DNA of 64,000 bases from a virus: positions 62,635 to 126,634 of the IMG/VR virus record IMGVR_UViG_3300009157_000001; one strand, written 5' to 3'. Under the pieces are notes generated by a model that saw only the letters and a program-made list of their open reading frames with translations, did no database searches and was not told the DNA's origin. Below, piece by piece: positions 34,928-45,445 of this stretch (position 1 is its first letter; every line of letters starts with the position of its first letter). Made by a program: the position numbers and the translations under genes.

Positions 34928-35189
34928 GAACTCTCTCTTCACTAAGGAACATATAGAACTTGTGGCAGAGGGTAGACTGGGGATGTGTAAGGTTTGTGAA
35001 CATCTCGATAAGAAAGGAGAATCCTGTCAGGTTCCCGGTACTAATCCTTGTTGCAAGTTATGCGGATGTTCTCTCCATTTAAAGACCAGGTCTCTTTCCT
35101 CAGGATGTGATGATAAAAGATGGTATCCTGTGCTTACACAGAGAGAAGAAGATATTCTAAATGAGAGGTTAGGAATAAAACCAGAATAG
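34875..35189 (+). CDS. Cys-rich zinc-binding protein
   Basis: CKVCEH..C..CCKLCGCSL..K.RS..CD..W. Confidence 0.75.
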   Translation: MDLKKIWQNREKILEGIKNSLFTKEHIELVAEGRLGMCKVCEHLDKKGESCQVPGTNPCCKLCGCSLHLKTRSLSSGCDDKRWYPVLTQREEDILNERLGIKPE

Positions 35190-35190
35190 T

Positions 35191-36036
35191 ATGGCCGTTA
35201 TCTTTAAGGCAGAGAATCACATCTATGAGAGTCTGGACCCTTCCAATAATATAACCTGGATAGGGGCTACTACATTAGTATCTCATTTTAAAAAACCCTT
35301 TGATCCGGATAAGACCGCTTTGAAGTCCTCTCAGAACAGTAGATCAAAGTGGCATGGGATACCTCCAGAGGAGATAAAAAAGATTTGGAACAAAGAAACA
35401 AAAAGAGCAATAGATCTGGGAACCTGGTATCATGAACAAAGAGAACTGGATATAACGAATCATGAAACTATAGAAAGAGATGGGGAAGTCTTATCTATAA
35501 TAAAACCTATAATTAAGGATGGTATAAAATATGCTCCGGATCAGAAACTTATTCAGGCCCTTTACCCAGAACATTTTGTATACTTAAAGTCTGCAGGTAT
35601 TTGTGGACAGGCCGATAGGGTAGAGGTAGTAAAGAACCATGTACACATCTACGACTACAAGACAAATAAGGAGATAAAGACTGAAAGCTACAGAGACTGG
35701 GAAGGGATTTCTCAGAAGATGCTTCCTCCATTCTCTCATATTGAAGACTGCAATTATCAGCACTATGCTCTTCAACTTAGTCTTTATATGTTTATGATAA
35801 TGAAGCACAATCCCTGGTTTATTCCTGGGAAACTTGTTCTTCACCATGTCACATTTGAGGAGAACGGTAAGGATAAATTTGGTAATCCGGTTACCAGATT
35901 AGATTCAGAAGGAAGTCCTATAGTAAAACAGGTAATTCCTTATGAACTTCCTTACTATAAGGATGAGGTAAGGCAGATGATAAAATGGCTTCATGAGAAC
36001 CGGGATAAAATTAAACCTAAGAAATTGATAGCATGA
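35191..36036 (+). CDS. PD-(D/E)XK (Cas4/RecB-like) exonuclease
   Basis: GTWYH, E, ICGQAD, IYDYKT, YALQLSLY. Confidence 0.88.
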   Translation: MAVIFKAENHIYESLDPSNNITWIGATTLVSHFKKPFDPDKTALKSSQNSRSKWHGIPPEEIKKIWNKETKRAIDLGTWYHEQRELDITNHETIERDGEVLSIIKPIIKDGIKYAPDQKLIQALYPEHFVYLKSAGICGQADRVEVVKNHVHIYDYKTNKEIKTESYRDWEGISQKMLPPFSHIEDCNYQHYALQLSLYMFMIMKHNPWFIPGKLVLHHVTFEENGKDKFGNPVTRLDSEGSPIVKQVIPYELPYYKDEVRQMIKWLHENRDKIKPKKLIA

Positions 36037-36554
36037 TAGTCAGATTATTTGATATACAGAATGATAAAGTAGTTCCCACGGAGCATTGCTACACTTTGAG
36101 GTTCTTGAAAGATATTATGGATAAGTTTCCCGAACACCATCTAAAAATGTATCAGTATCTTTTCTATATGACTTGTCCGGATCCTGATTTGAATCCCTTT
36201 TTCAATTATCCCGAGAATGAGAAAGAAGAAGTCATTCTACAACAGATCCAAGCAGACTTCTCGACAGATGAAGAACTTCTAGAAGAAGCCCTTAAGTTAT
36301 GTGATGATTTGTATACCACTCCTACCTATAGATCTTTTCTGGGAGCTAAATCAATGCTGGATAAGATAAATACTTACTTAAGAGATACTACAATTAATGG
36401 CAATAGTAAAGATGGTAATGGTGCTTTTATTTTAAGAGCTATGAAAGATCTTACTGAGATGAGGATGACTTATAAAAGTGCCGAGAGAGACCTTGCTGAG
36501 GAACAGAAGACTGAAGTACGAGGACAGCAGAGGCTATCGTATGATCAGAAATGA
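36033..36554 (+). CDS. Hypothetical protein, candidate terminase small subunit
   Basis: Helical 173-aa ORF overlapping the TerL start; assignment by position. Confidence 0.55.
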   Translation: MIVRLFDIQNDKVVPTEHCYTLRFLKDIMDKFPEHHLKMYQYLFYMTCPDPDLNPFFNYPENEKEEVILQQIQADFSTDEELLEEALKLCDDLYTTPTYRSFLGAKSMLDKINTYLRDTTINGNSKDGNGAFILRAMKDLTEMRMTYKSAERDLAEEQKTEVRGQQRLSYDQK

Positions 36555-38746
36555 ATGCCGAACCTTTCATAACTATCCCTACTTGGGAATCTGGAAAGTG
36601 GACTTCTACATCTTTTCCAACAAGAGATCACTTCAAAGACTTTTGCATACCTCTTTTTAAAGAACCCGGTAAATATAAGTTTGATGAGACTTCTTTAGAG
36701 TTCAATTCTCAAGCTCATGTTTTTAGAAAACAAGGATTTTTCTGTGCTTCTCCAAAGGATACCCGGGATTATAAGAATTATTGGGATGATCAGAAGAGCA
36801 AATGCAGAAAGGGAGCAATATTCAAAAGTGGTAAAGAAACCTGGTATATTCCCAGGGATTACTACATGTGGATTAACTTCCTGAAGATTTATGACAAGGC
36901 TAACAACAAGTTTGACTTTCCTGGAATAAGAGATGTCCAGTATCATCTGGCTCTTTATGAATTATTAGCAGAGCTTCACTACAAGCATGCTGCTATAGTT
37001 AAGAAGAGGCAATGTGCAATATCTTATTTTCATTGTGCAAAACTAGTAAACCAGATATGGTTTGAGGAAGGGGTTTCTCTAAAGATGGGAGCTTCTCTAA
37101 AGGATTATATAAATGAGAAGGGCACTTGGAAATTTCTTGATGAATACAAAGCTTTTCTCAATGAGCATACTGCATGGTATAGGCCTATGAACCCGGGGAA
37201 ACCTCTAAGTTGGAAGCAGGTAATTAAGGTAAGAAAAGGGGCCCGGGATACAGAGGTAGGAGAGAAGGGAACTATTCAAGGAATGTCTTTTGAAAAGGAT
37301 CCTGCAACGGGGGTTGGTGGAGCCTGCAAAGTTTTCTTCCATGAGGAATCTGGTATTGCACCTAAGATGGATATCACTTATGGATACATAGGTCCTGCTA
37401 TGAAAGATGGTGATATAACCACAGGGATATTTATAGCAGCAGGTTCGGTAGGTGATTTGGATCAATGTCTCCCCTTGAAGAATCTGGTATTGTATCCGGA
37501 TGCCAATGATATTTATGCAGTAGACAGTACACTTATTGATGATAAACTTACTCCAGGCAGAACCGGTCTTTTCATTCCGGAACAATGGTCCAGACCGCCT
37601 TATATAGATCAGTTCGGAAACTCTGATGTGGAAGAAGCTCTCAGATCTCTGGATATTCAATTTGCTCAGTGGAAGAAAGATCTATCTCCAGAACAGTACC
37701 AGTTAAAAGTCTCACAACATCCCAGAAATCTAGAGGAGGCTTTTGCATTCAGAAAGACTTCTCCTTTCCCTGCCCATATTCTTCTTGCTCAACAAAGAAG
37801 AATACAAGACAAGGAATATTCGTATGAGTTTCTAGAACTTAGAAGAAGTGAGACAGGTCCTCTCGAAGCTATAGAAAGCAGCAAACTTCCAATATCAGAA
37901 TTTCCCTTATCAAAGGTTTCTGATAACAAAGAGGGGGTGCTTGTTGTATGGGAAAGACCGGTAAATAATCCTCAATTTGGTATGTATTATGCCAGTATAG
38001 ATCCAATTGGGGAGGGAAAGACTACAACATCAGATTCTCTCTGTTCAATACAAATTCTGAAGAATGCAGTAGAGGTTACCAAGATAGATACTGCCGAGAC
38101 TAAAACCCATATAGAACATGAGAAGCTAGTGGCTTCCTGGTGTGGGAGATTTGATGATATTAATATTACCCATGAGAGACTTTCTATGATTCTTGAGTGG
38201 TATAATGCCTGGGCTGTTGTGGAGAACAACATCTCTCTATTTATTCAGTATATGATCTCTAAGAGAAGACAAAGATACCTGGTACCCAAAGACCAGATCC
38301 TGTTCTTGAAAGACTTGGGTGCAAATAACAATGTCTATCAGGAGTACGGATGGAAGAATACCGGTACTCTATTCAAAACTCATTTGTTGAGTTATGCTAT
38401 AGAATATATCAGAGAGCAGTTAGATATTGAAACCAAACCAGATGGGGAAATTGTCCGTATAAAATATGGAGTAGAAAGAATACCAGATCCTATGCTTATA
38501 AAGGAGATGCTTTCCTATGTAGAAGGACTGAACGTGGACAGACTAGTTTCCTTTGCTGCCCTGGTGGCCTTTGTTAGGATACAACAGTCCAACCGGGGGT
38601 ACATTAAGAGGGTAGAGGATACTCAGAATTTGCACAAATCAGATAATTTCCGTAAATTGACCCCGAGTCCTTTTAGACATATAGGAAAAGGAAATCACAG
38701 AAGTAGCATGAGACCACCAAGATCACCTTATAAAAATCTGAAATAG
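36551..38746 (+). CDS. terL: Terminase large subunit
   Basis: Walker A-like KKRQCAISY, Walker B FFHEESG, nuclease ASIDPIG, VVENN, NVDRL; upstream of portal. Confidence 0.92.
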   Translation: MNAEPFITIPTWESGKWTSTSFPTRDHFKDFCIPLFKEPGKYKFDETSLEFNSQAHVFRKQGFFCASPKDTRDYKNYWDDQKSKCRKGAIFKSGKETWYIPRDYYMWINFLKIYDKANNKFDFPGIRDVQYHLALYELLAELHYKHAAIVKKRQCAISYFHCAKLVNQIWFEEGVSLKMGASLKDYINEKGTWKFLDEYKAFLNEHTAWYRPMNPGKPLSWKQVIKVRKGARDTEVGEKGTIQGMSFEKDPATGVGGACKVFFHEESGIAPKMDITYGYIGPAMKDGDITTGIFIAAGSVGDLDQCLPLKNLVLYPDANDIYAVDSTLIDDKLTPGRTGLFIPEQWSRPPYIDQFGNSDVEEALRSLDIQFAQWKKDLSPEQYQLKVSQHPRNLEEAFAFRKTSPFPAHILLAQQRRIQDKEYSYEFLELRRSETGPLEAIESSKLPISEFPLSKVSDNKEGVLVVWERPVNNPQFGMYYASIDPIGEGKTTTSDSLCSIQILKNAVEVTKIDTAETKTHIEHEKLVASWCGRFDDINITHERLSMILEWYNAWAVVENNISLFIQYMISKRRQRYLVPKDQILFLKDLGANNNVYQEYGWKNTGTLFKTHLLSYAIEYIREQLDIETKPDGEIVRIKYGVERIPDPMLIKEMLSYVEGLNVDRLVSFAALVAFVRIQQSNRGYIKRVEDTQNLHKSDNFRKLTPSPFRHIGKGNHRSSMRPPRSPYKNLK

Positions 38747-41527
38747 ATGGAAGTATTGTCGGCCATGGACCTCAAAAAAGGTAAGAAAGCCAAACATAAT
38801 TATATGGGCACTCTTACCCAACCACTTCAGTTTCTCCCCAGAGAAGAAAAAGATGAGGATTGGTTTTGTCACAACGCAGATTGGTTAGAATGGCAGGGAA
38901 TCAAGCAGTTACAGAGAAATGCCAGGAGATTACTCAAGAACTATAAACTTGCCAAGGGAGTTATAGATAAGACTGATTATATAGTTGAGGAGGATAATGA
39001 GTACCGAGATATAGTAGAGGCTCTTACTGAGGCCGATCAAGGGGCCCTGGAACTTAAGTTCTATCCCATCATACCCAATGTTATAAATGTTCTGACAGCA
39101 GAGTTTGCTAAGAGAAATAGTAAGGTCACATACAGAGCCGTAGATGATTACTCTTATAATGAACTCATGGAGCAGAAGAGGTCTCAGATTGAGAAGAATC
39201 TTCTGGATGAAGCTCAGAGAAAGCTCATGACTAATCTCATCTCTGCAGGATATGATCCAGAATCTCCTGAGGCTCAACAGATTATGCAACCTCAAGCTTT
39301 AAAGTCTCTTCCTGAAATAGAAGGATTCTTCAGAAAAAGTTACAGAAGTTTAGTTGAACAATGGGCCAGCCACCAGCACGAGGTCGATGAGGAGAGGTTT
39401 AAGATGGATGAGCTGGAAGAAAGAGCCTTCAGAGACTCTTTAATTGGTGACCGGGAATTCTGGCACTTCCATATGATGGAAGATGATTATGACATTGAAC
39501 TTTGGAATCCGCTTTTGACTTTCTATCACAAATCTCCCGACATAAGATATATATCTCAAGGAAATTATGTTGGCAAGATAGACATGATGTCTATAGCAGA
39601 TGTGATAGACAAGTATGGTTATCTTATGACAGAGGAACAACTCGAGTCTTTGGAGGCCATATATCCTACCAGAGCTGCTGCTTATACCATAGGAGGTATG
39701 CAAAATGATGGATCTTACTATGATGCAACTAAATCTCATGAGTGGAATACAAACATGCCATCTCTGGCCTATAGGCAATTCACTTCTGTATTTGGTGACC
39801 ATCTGAGTAATGGGGGAGATATTGTAAACCTAATTCTAAACCAATCTGAGGATTTTTCTGATCTTGGATCTACCTATTTGCTTAGGGTAAGTACCTGTTA
39901 CTGGAAATCCCAAAGAAAGCTGGGTCACTTAACCAAAGTGACAGAAGCAGGAGAAGTTATTACTGATATAGTAGATGAGACTTACAAGGTTACCGATAAA
40001 CCTATATATGATACATCACTATTCAAGAACAAAACCAGGGATAATATAGTGTTTGGAGAGCACATAGACTGGATATGGATAAATGAGGTTCTTGGAGTAG
40101 TAAAGATTGGTCCTAATTTCCCAAGTCTATGGGGGATGAACAATGCAGGAGGAATAAATCCCATGTACATAGGCATACAACAAAACAAACCGGGTAGGAT
40201 CCGGTTTCAGTTCAAGGGAGATAATACTCTTTATGGATGCAAACTTCCTGTAGAGGGGGCTGTATTCTCTGATAGAAATACACAGTCTACAGCACTTGTA
40301 GATTTAATGAAGCCTTTTCAGATAGGATATAATATTGTAAATAACCAGATAGCAGATATTCTTGTTGATGAACTAGGTACTGTGATAGTTCTTGATCAGA
40401 ATGCTCTTCCCAGACATTCTATGGGAGAGGATTGGGGTAAGCACAATTTTGCTAAGGCTTATGTGGCAATGAAGAACTTTCAGATGCTTCCCTTAGATAC
40501 AAGTATCACAAATACAGAAAATGCTACGAACTTCCAGCATTTTCAAAAACTTGACCTGGAACAAACAAACCGACTATTGTCCCGGGTACAACTTGCAAAT
40601 TACTTCAAGACACAAGCATTTGAAAATATAGGCATTACACCTCAGAGACTAGGTCAACAGATTGGTCAGACAGATACAGCCAAAGGAATAGAACAGGCTG
40701 TAGCCGGATCTTATGCTCAGACAGAAATGTACTTCATTCAGCATTCAGATTATTTGATGCCTAGAGTACACCAAATGAGAACTGACCTGGCACAGTTCTA
40801 TAATTCATATAAACCTTCCTTAAGACTTCAGTATATAACTTCTGCAGACGAGAAGATGAACTTTGAGATAAACGGCAAGGAGCTCTTACTCCGGGATCTT
40901 AATATCTTTTCTACTACTCGCACTAATCATAGGGCAGTAATGGAAGAGCTCAAAAGACTCATGATGAATAACAATACAACAGGGGCTTCCATATATGACC
41001 TTGGTAAAATCATGCAGGGGACCTCTCTTTCTGAGATTAACAATGTGCTTAAGGAATCTGAGTTTAAAACAGAGTCCCGGATTAGAGCTGATAGGGAATC
41101 TGCTGAGAAGCTCAAACAGATGGAAATCCAAGCTGCAGAAAAAGAGAAAGTGCTGGAGAGAGATCATGAAGCTTCTGAAGCAGAGAAGAATAGAAGGAAG
41201 GACCTATTGGTTGCTGAGATCAGGGCTGCCGGTTATGGAGCTATGCAGGATATAAATGAAAATCAGACCAGTGACTATCTGGATGCTCTTTCTCAGATAA
41301 AAGGCTCAGAAGAATACCAGGAACAGATTGGTTTACAGAGAGAGAAGAGTACTCAGAAAGCACAGGAAGTTAAGGACAAGTTACAAGTCGAGAGAGAGAA
41401 GATTTCTGCAGGTTTGCAGATGAAAGATATGGATGTACAAATAGCCCGGGAAAATCAGACGAGTGCAGAAATCCAGGCCCGGAATAAACTTAAGGAGAGT
41501 AAGAATAATAAGAAGAAAAAATCTTAG
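38747..41527 (+). CDS. Portal protein (crAss-like)
   Basis: 926 aa after TerL; FYPIIPNVINVL, LVDLMKPFQIGYNIVNNQI, IGITPQRLGQ, C-terminal coiled coil. Confidence 0.88.
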   Translation: MEVLSAMDLKKGKKAKHNYMGTLTQPLQFLPREEKDEDWFCHNADWLEWQGIKQLQRNARRLLKNYKLAKGVIDKTDYIVEEDNEYRDIVEALTEADQGALELKFYPIIPNVINVLTAEFAKRNSKVTYRAVDDYSYNELMEQKRSQIEKNLLDEAQRKLMTNLISAGYDPESPEAQQIMQPQALKSLPEIEGFFRKSYRSLVEQWASHQHEVDEERFKMDELEERAFRDSLIGDREFWHFHMMEDDYDIELWNPLLTFYHKSPDIRYISQGNYVGKIDMMSIADVIDKYGYLMTEEQLESLEAIYPTRAAAYTIGGMQNDGSYYDATKSHEWNTNMPSLAYRQFTSVFGDHLSNGGDIVNLILNQSEDFSDLGSTYLLRVSTCYWKSQRKLGHLTKVTEAGEVITDIVDETYKVTDKPIYDTSLFKNKTRDNIVFGEHIDWIWINEVLGVVKIGPNFPSLWGMNNAGGINPMYIGIQQNKPGRIRFQFKGDNTLYGCKLPVEGAVFSDRNTQSTALVDLMKPFQIGYNIVNNQIADILVDELGTVIVLDQNALPRHSMGEDWGKHNFAKAYVAMKNFQMLPLDTSITNTENATNFQHFQKLDLEQTNRLLSRVQLANYFKTQAFENIGITPQRLGQQIGQTDTAKGIEQAVAGSYAQTEMYFIQHSDYLMPRVHQMRTDLAQFYNSYKPSLRLQYITSADEKMNFEINGKELLLRDLNIFSTTRTNHRAVMEELKRLMMNNNTTGASIYDLGKIMQGTSLSEINNVLKESEFKTESRIRADRESAEKLKQMEIQAAEKEKVLERDHEASEAEKNRRKDLLVAEIRAAGYGAMQDINENQTSDYLDALSQIKGSEEYQEQIGLQREKSTQKAQEVKDKLQVEREKISAGLQMKDMDVQIARENQTSAEIQARNKLKESKNNKKKKS

Positions 41528-41624
41528 CCAAATACTGCACTTTTTGTATAGCTAAGTCAAACTTGTGAGGTTTAATCCCGTATTTTTGTGTATATTACAG
41601 TATTGAAACCAACAAACCAACAAT

Positions 41625-42866
41625 ATGAGTACAGAATCAACCACAGTTACCCAGGTTGAAGTAGACCTGGATAAAGAGTTTGGACAACCTGGAGCAGAGA
41701 GTGTAATGGTTCCAGAAAAGAAAGATGAGAAGCCTAGTTTCTTTTCTTCTGGTCCAAAAGCAGATATGAAGTTCCTTGACACAACTGGTAAAGAAGAAGA
41801 GGGGAAAGAAGACAATGAGGAAGAAGGAGCAACTTCTACCACCGGTACAGGAAAAGAAGAAGATGCAGAGGTTACTGCTGCAGGAGTTGTGGCACAGACC
41901 AAGGATGATGATGATGAGGAAGGAGCCGGTAAGATCAAATTCGATAAGCCTACTCTTGAAGGATTCTTTTCAAAACTTATAGAGAAGAAAGCTCTGATGC
42001 CTTTTGATGATGAGAAAGCTCTGAAGGACTACACGATCAAAGATTATTATGAACTTGTAGATGCTAACTTCCAGGAAAAAGAGAAGACTCTCAGAGAAGA
42101 AGTTTCTGCAGATCTCTTCGATTCATTGCCAGAAGAACTCCAATATGCTGCTAAATATGTGGCAGACGGAGGAAGAGACATGAAAGGTCTTTTCAGAGCT
42201 CTTGCAGAAGTTCAGGAAGTCCAAGAATTGGACCCAACGAATGAACCAGATCAAGAGAAGATTGCAAGACAATACTTGAAATCTACCAACTTTGGATCTG
42301 AAGAAGAAATTGATGAGGAAATAAGTTCCTGGAAAGATCTTAAAAAGCTTGCTCAGAAAGCCCAACAGTTTAAACCAAAGTTGGACAAGATGAAAGAGGA
42401 TGTTGTAGGTAGGAAACTTGCAATAGAAGAGGGAAAGAGAAAGCAAAGAGCCGAGGCTGCACAGAAATATACAGATAATGTATATAGTGTTCTGGAACCA
42501 GGGGATTTGAATGGTATTAAACTTGATAAGAAAACACAAGGTATGTTATATGCAGGACTTGTACAGCCCAATTATCCTTCTGCTTCGGGAAGACCTACAA
42601 ATATGCTAGGTCATCTTCTAGAGAAGTATCAGTGGGTTGAACCAAATCATGGATTAATTGCAGAAGCTTTGTGGTTACTTGCAGATCCTGATGGATACAA
42701 GGCTAAAATCAAAGAAGCAGGAACAAAACTTGCTACTGAGAAAACCGTAAGACAACTTAAGTCCGAGGAGGGAAGAAGAAATTCAGGAGGAAATGGACAA
42801 GAAGAGGGAGAAAACAATAAAAGAACCGGGAAGATTGCAAGACCTGGTAATTTTTTCAAGAGATAA
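41625..42866 (+). CDS. Acidic scaffold-like capsid-module protein
   Basis: Very acidic N-terminus and helical C-terminus; between portal and MCP as in crAss-like phages. Confidence 0.7.
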   Translation: MSTESTTVTQVEVDLDKEFGQPGAESVMVPEKKDEKPSFFSSGPKADMKFLDTTGKEEEGKEDNEEEGATSTTGTGKEEDAEVTAAGVVAQTKDDDDEEGAGKIKFDKPTLEGFFSKLIEKKALMPFDDEKALKDYTIKDYYELVDANFQEKEKTLREEVSADLFDSLPEELQYAAKYVADGGRDMKGLFRALAEVQEVQELDPTNEPDQEKIARQYLKSTNFGSEEEIDEEISSWKDLKKLAQKAQQFKPKLDKMKEDVVGRKLAIEEGKRKQRAEAAQKYTDNVYSVLEPGDLNGIKLDKKTQGMLYAGLVQPNYPSASGRPTNMLGHLLEKYQWVEPNHGLIAEALWLLADPDGYKAKIKEAGTKLATEKTVRQLKSEEGRRNSGGNGQEEGENNKRTGKIARPGNFFKR

Positions 42867-43471
42867 TGAGTTACTATATTTACCGACACATTAGACCAGA
42901 CAAAAATGAGGTTTTTTACATAGGATTAGGAAAGTCTAGGACAAAGAGAGCCTGGGAAACTAGAAGCAGAACAAATCTTTGGAATAGAATTGTTAACAAG
43001 AATCAAGGCAAATTCCAGGTACAAATCTTGATGATGGATGTAGACTTTATAACAGCAGCAGAAAAAGAAAAAGAGTTCATTGCCTTGTATGGCAGAAAGT
43101 CAGATAATACAGGAACTCTTGTAAATTTCCAAGTAGGTGGAGAAAATCATTCAGGGTGGAAAATGCCTGAGGAAAAGAAAGAAAGATTAAGAATCAGATG
43201 GCTTGGAAACAAGATAAACTTAGGAAGGGTTTGGACTAAAGAACAGAAGGACAAGATTTCTGTAGCAAGAAAGGGAAAAATAGGACCAAACAAGGGAAGA
43301 ATTTGGAACCAAGAAGTTAGAGAAAAGATGAGTTTAGGACATGTAGGAAATTTATCACATTCAGGAAAAACCTGGATAAATAATGGAGAGAACTCAACTC
43401 TAATATTCAAGAGTACTCCTGTACCAGAAGGATGGGAAACAGGAAGAATAAGATGGAAGAACAATAAATAA
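42866..43471 (+). CDS. GIY-YIG homing endonuclease with NUMOD3-like repeats
   Basis: YIYRHIRPD..VFYIGLG..RA, E..FI..YGR, LVN; K.KIS..RKG repeats. Confidence 0.85.
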   Translation: MSYYIYRHIRPDKNEVFYIGLGKSRTKRAWETRSRTNLWNRIVNKNQGKFQVQILMMDVDFITAAEKEKEFIALYGRKSDNTGTLVNFQVGGENHSGWKMPEEKKERLRIRWLGNKINLGRVWTKEQKDKISVARKGKIGPNKGRIWNQEVREKMSLGHVGNLSHSGKTWINNGENSTLIFKSTPVPEGWETGRIRWKNNK

Positions 43472-43500
43472 TTAATATAAACAACTAAAAAAACAAGAAA

Positions 43501-45117
43501 ATGGCAACTCCGGTACTGAATAATGGGATTTTCATGCGTGATACAAGCTATCAGGCATCTTCCCATATTGACTCCTATCACCTGGTGAATATGTTGAAGA
43601 ATGCAGAACCTATGGACTTAGGACCAGTTGACATCTGGGCCATGGCTCAAAAAGTTGAAATGCCTCTTTATCAACTATCCAGTTTTGGTGGGAAAAATGT
43701 CATCATGGTCCAAAATGCCCGTGGTGAGTATAAATGGCAGACTCCTGTTTCTCAGGATCTTCCTTACATAATTGAGGACATCGAGCCTACAAACACAACC
43801 AAAGGTCAGGATGGTACAACCTGGAAGATAAAACTCAACACTCGTGAGTTTGGTCATGGGGATATCATCACTTATGACAAGTATAATGGTTGTGAGCTCT
43901 ATGTTACTGCAGATGATATCCTGCCCATGGGTGATGGCTTCATCTACACAGTTCAGTTAGTAAACAATGACAACTACAAGTTTCTGGACAACAAGTACTT
44001 GGCTTGTGGAACCAAATTCTTCCGTAAGGGCTCTGCTCGTGGAGAGTATGGTGAGAGGTTCTCTGATATTCAGACTGGTGCAGGTTTCCGTGAATACTAC
44101 AATTTTGTAGGTGGAGCAGAAGCACACGTGCACTATAGTATATCTTCTCGTGCAGATCTTATGATCAAAGGAGGACTTAATGCAGATGGTACGGTACCTG
44201 TAACTGAGATCTGGAGAAACTTTGACAAAACCATGGATCCATCCATTACTTCCCTGGAAGATATGGTGAAGAAAATGGGGCCTGGTGCAGTCAAGAATGC
44301 TATGAAAAATGGTAGTCTTGGTCGCAGTTTCTTAACTCAGATGGAGGCTAAGCACCTGACCAAGGTAGCAATGGACATCGAAACCTACTTAATGTGGGGA
44401 CATGGTGGAAGGATCAAACAAGATGGTCCAGATGACATGCGCCTATCTGTAGGTCTATGGAAACAGTTAGATAACTCTTTCAAGAGGATCTACAATAAAT
44501 CTGGGTTCAGCTTAGAACTTTTCCGTGCAGAAATCTTCAATTTTTACAATGGCAAGATTGAGTTCAAAGGACCCGATCCTAAGAGACAATTGGTTGTACA
44601 AACAGGCATGGGAGGAATGAGGTTGGTGAATGAGGCCATCAAGAGAGAAGCAGTAAACTCCGGTCTGGTTATCCAGGCAGCAGATATTGGGGCAATCACT
44701 AACAAGGGAATGAACCTTGGATTTGGATTCTCCTATACAAGCTACATCATCCCATTCCTGGCAAACGTGCAGTTTGTACTGAATCCTGCCTTTGATAATG
44801 TACACACCAATGATATTGAGAACCCCATCATAGATGGATTCCCATTATCATCTTATAGCTTCATTATCTTTGACATCACTGAGAATACCAATGACAACAT
44901 CTTCTTACTGAAACTCTCCTGGGATAATGCCCTGAAGTGGTTCTATCAAAATGGAACTATGGATTATAAAGGCTCTACCCAAGGATTTCAGTCATCTGGA
45001 CAGTTCAATGGTTACCGTGTGATGATGACTCAGACAATGCCTGCTATCTGGGTAAAGGACCCAACTAAGGTGTTGAAGATTGTAATGAGGAACCCAATCA
45101 CTGGTGGTTCGTTCTAA
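43501..45117 (+). CDS. Major capsid protein (crAss-like)
   Basis: 538 aa; ETYLMWGHGG, GLWKQL, VVQTGMGGM, IWVKDPTK; followed by a terminator. Confidence 0.88.
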   Translation: MATPVLNNGIFMRDTSYQASSHIDSYHLVNMLKNAEPMDLGPVDIWAMAQKVEMPLYQLSSFGGKNVIMVQNARGEYKWQTPVSQDLPYIIEDIEPTNTTKGQDGTTWKIKLNTREFGHGDIITYDKYNGCELYVTADDILPMGDGFIYTVQLVNNDNYKFLDNKYLACGTKFFRKGSARGEYGERFSDIQTGAGFREYYNFVGGAEAHVHYSISSRADLMIKGGLNADGTVPVTEIWRNFDKTMDPSITSLEDMVKKMGPGAVKNAMKNGSLGRSFLTQMEAKHLTKVAMDIETYLMWGHGGRIKQDGPDDMRLSVGLWKQLDNSFKRIYNKSGFSLELFRAEIFNFYNGKIEFKGPDPKRQLVVQTGMGGMRLVNEAIKREAVNSGLVIQAADIGAITNKGMNLGFGFSYTSYIIPFLANVQFVLNPAFDNVHTNDIENPIIDGFPLSSYSFIIFDITENTNDNIFLLKLSWDNALKWFYQNGTMDYKGSTQGFQSSGQFNGYRVMMTQTMPAIWVKDPTKVLKIVMRNPITGGSF

Positions 45118-45160
45118 AACTATCTGATTATCAGATAGTTAGATTAGACTTAGAAACAAT

Positions 45161-45192
45161 AACTGGGATCCGGATATACTGGGTCCCAGTTT
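45161..45192 (+). terminator. Probable terminator after MCP
   Basis: AACTGGGATCCGG-ATATA-CTGGGTCCCAGTTT; palindrome AACTATCTGAT-T-ATCAGATAGTT just upstream. Confidence 0.65.
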
Positions 45193-45216
45193 CTACAACC
45201 AAAAAATATTTGTAAA

Positions 45217-45438
45217 ATGGACACATTCAAACCTCAATCTCCTGATCCTTTCTTACAAAAGGATGAGGATATGTCACTAGCCAAGTTTGGGCATCTTAAT
45301 GCCATCTTCTCTGATGGGGAAGGAGCACCCACATCTACTCCTAAAAAGATAGGATTTTTCTATACAGATACCCTAAACAAAAAGCTTTATGTAGCTACCG
45401 GCACAGCAGCTTCAACAGACTGGACAATACTTAACTAG
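45217..45438 (+). CDS. Small capsid decoration/fibre-like protein
   Basis: GEGAPTSTP...FYTDT..KLYV...W domain; N-terminus shared with the next gene. Confidence 0.7.
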   Translation: MDTFKPQSPDPFLQKDEDMSLAKFGHLNAIFSDGEGAPTSTPKKIGFFYTDTLNKKLYVATGTAASTDWTILN

Positions 45439-45445
45439 ATTTACT

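Noticed and set aside
35191-36036. CRISPR-Cas system suggested by the Cas4-like nuclease
   Set aside because: No repeat-spacer array or other cas genes seen; solo PD-(D/E)XK nucleases are usual next to TerL in these phages
43511-43525. Possible DGR template (GTACTGAATAAT matches the start of the predicted template)
   Set aside because: It is the 5' end of the MCP coding sequence and the similarity does not extend
36551-45117. Introns or inteins in TerL, portal or MCP
   Set aside because: ORFs are continuous, of plausible length, and lack intein terminal motifs
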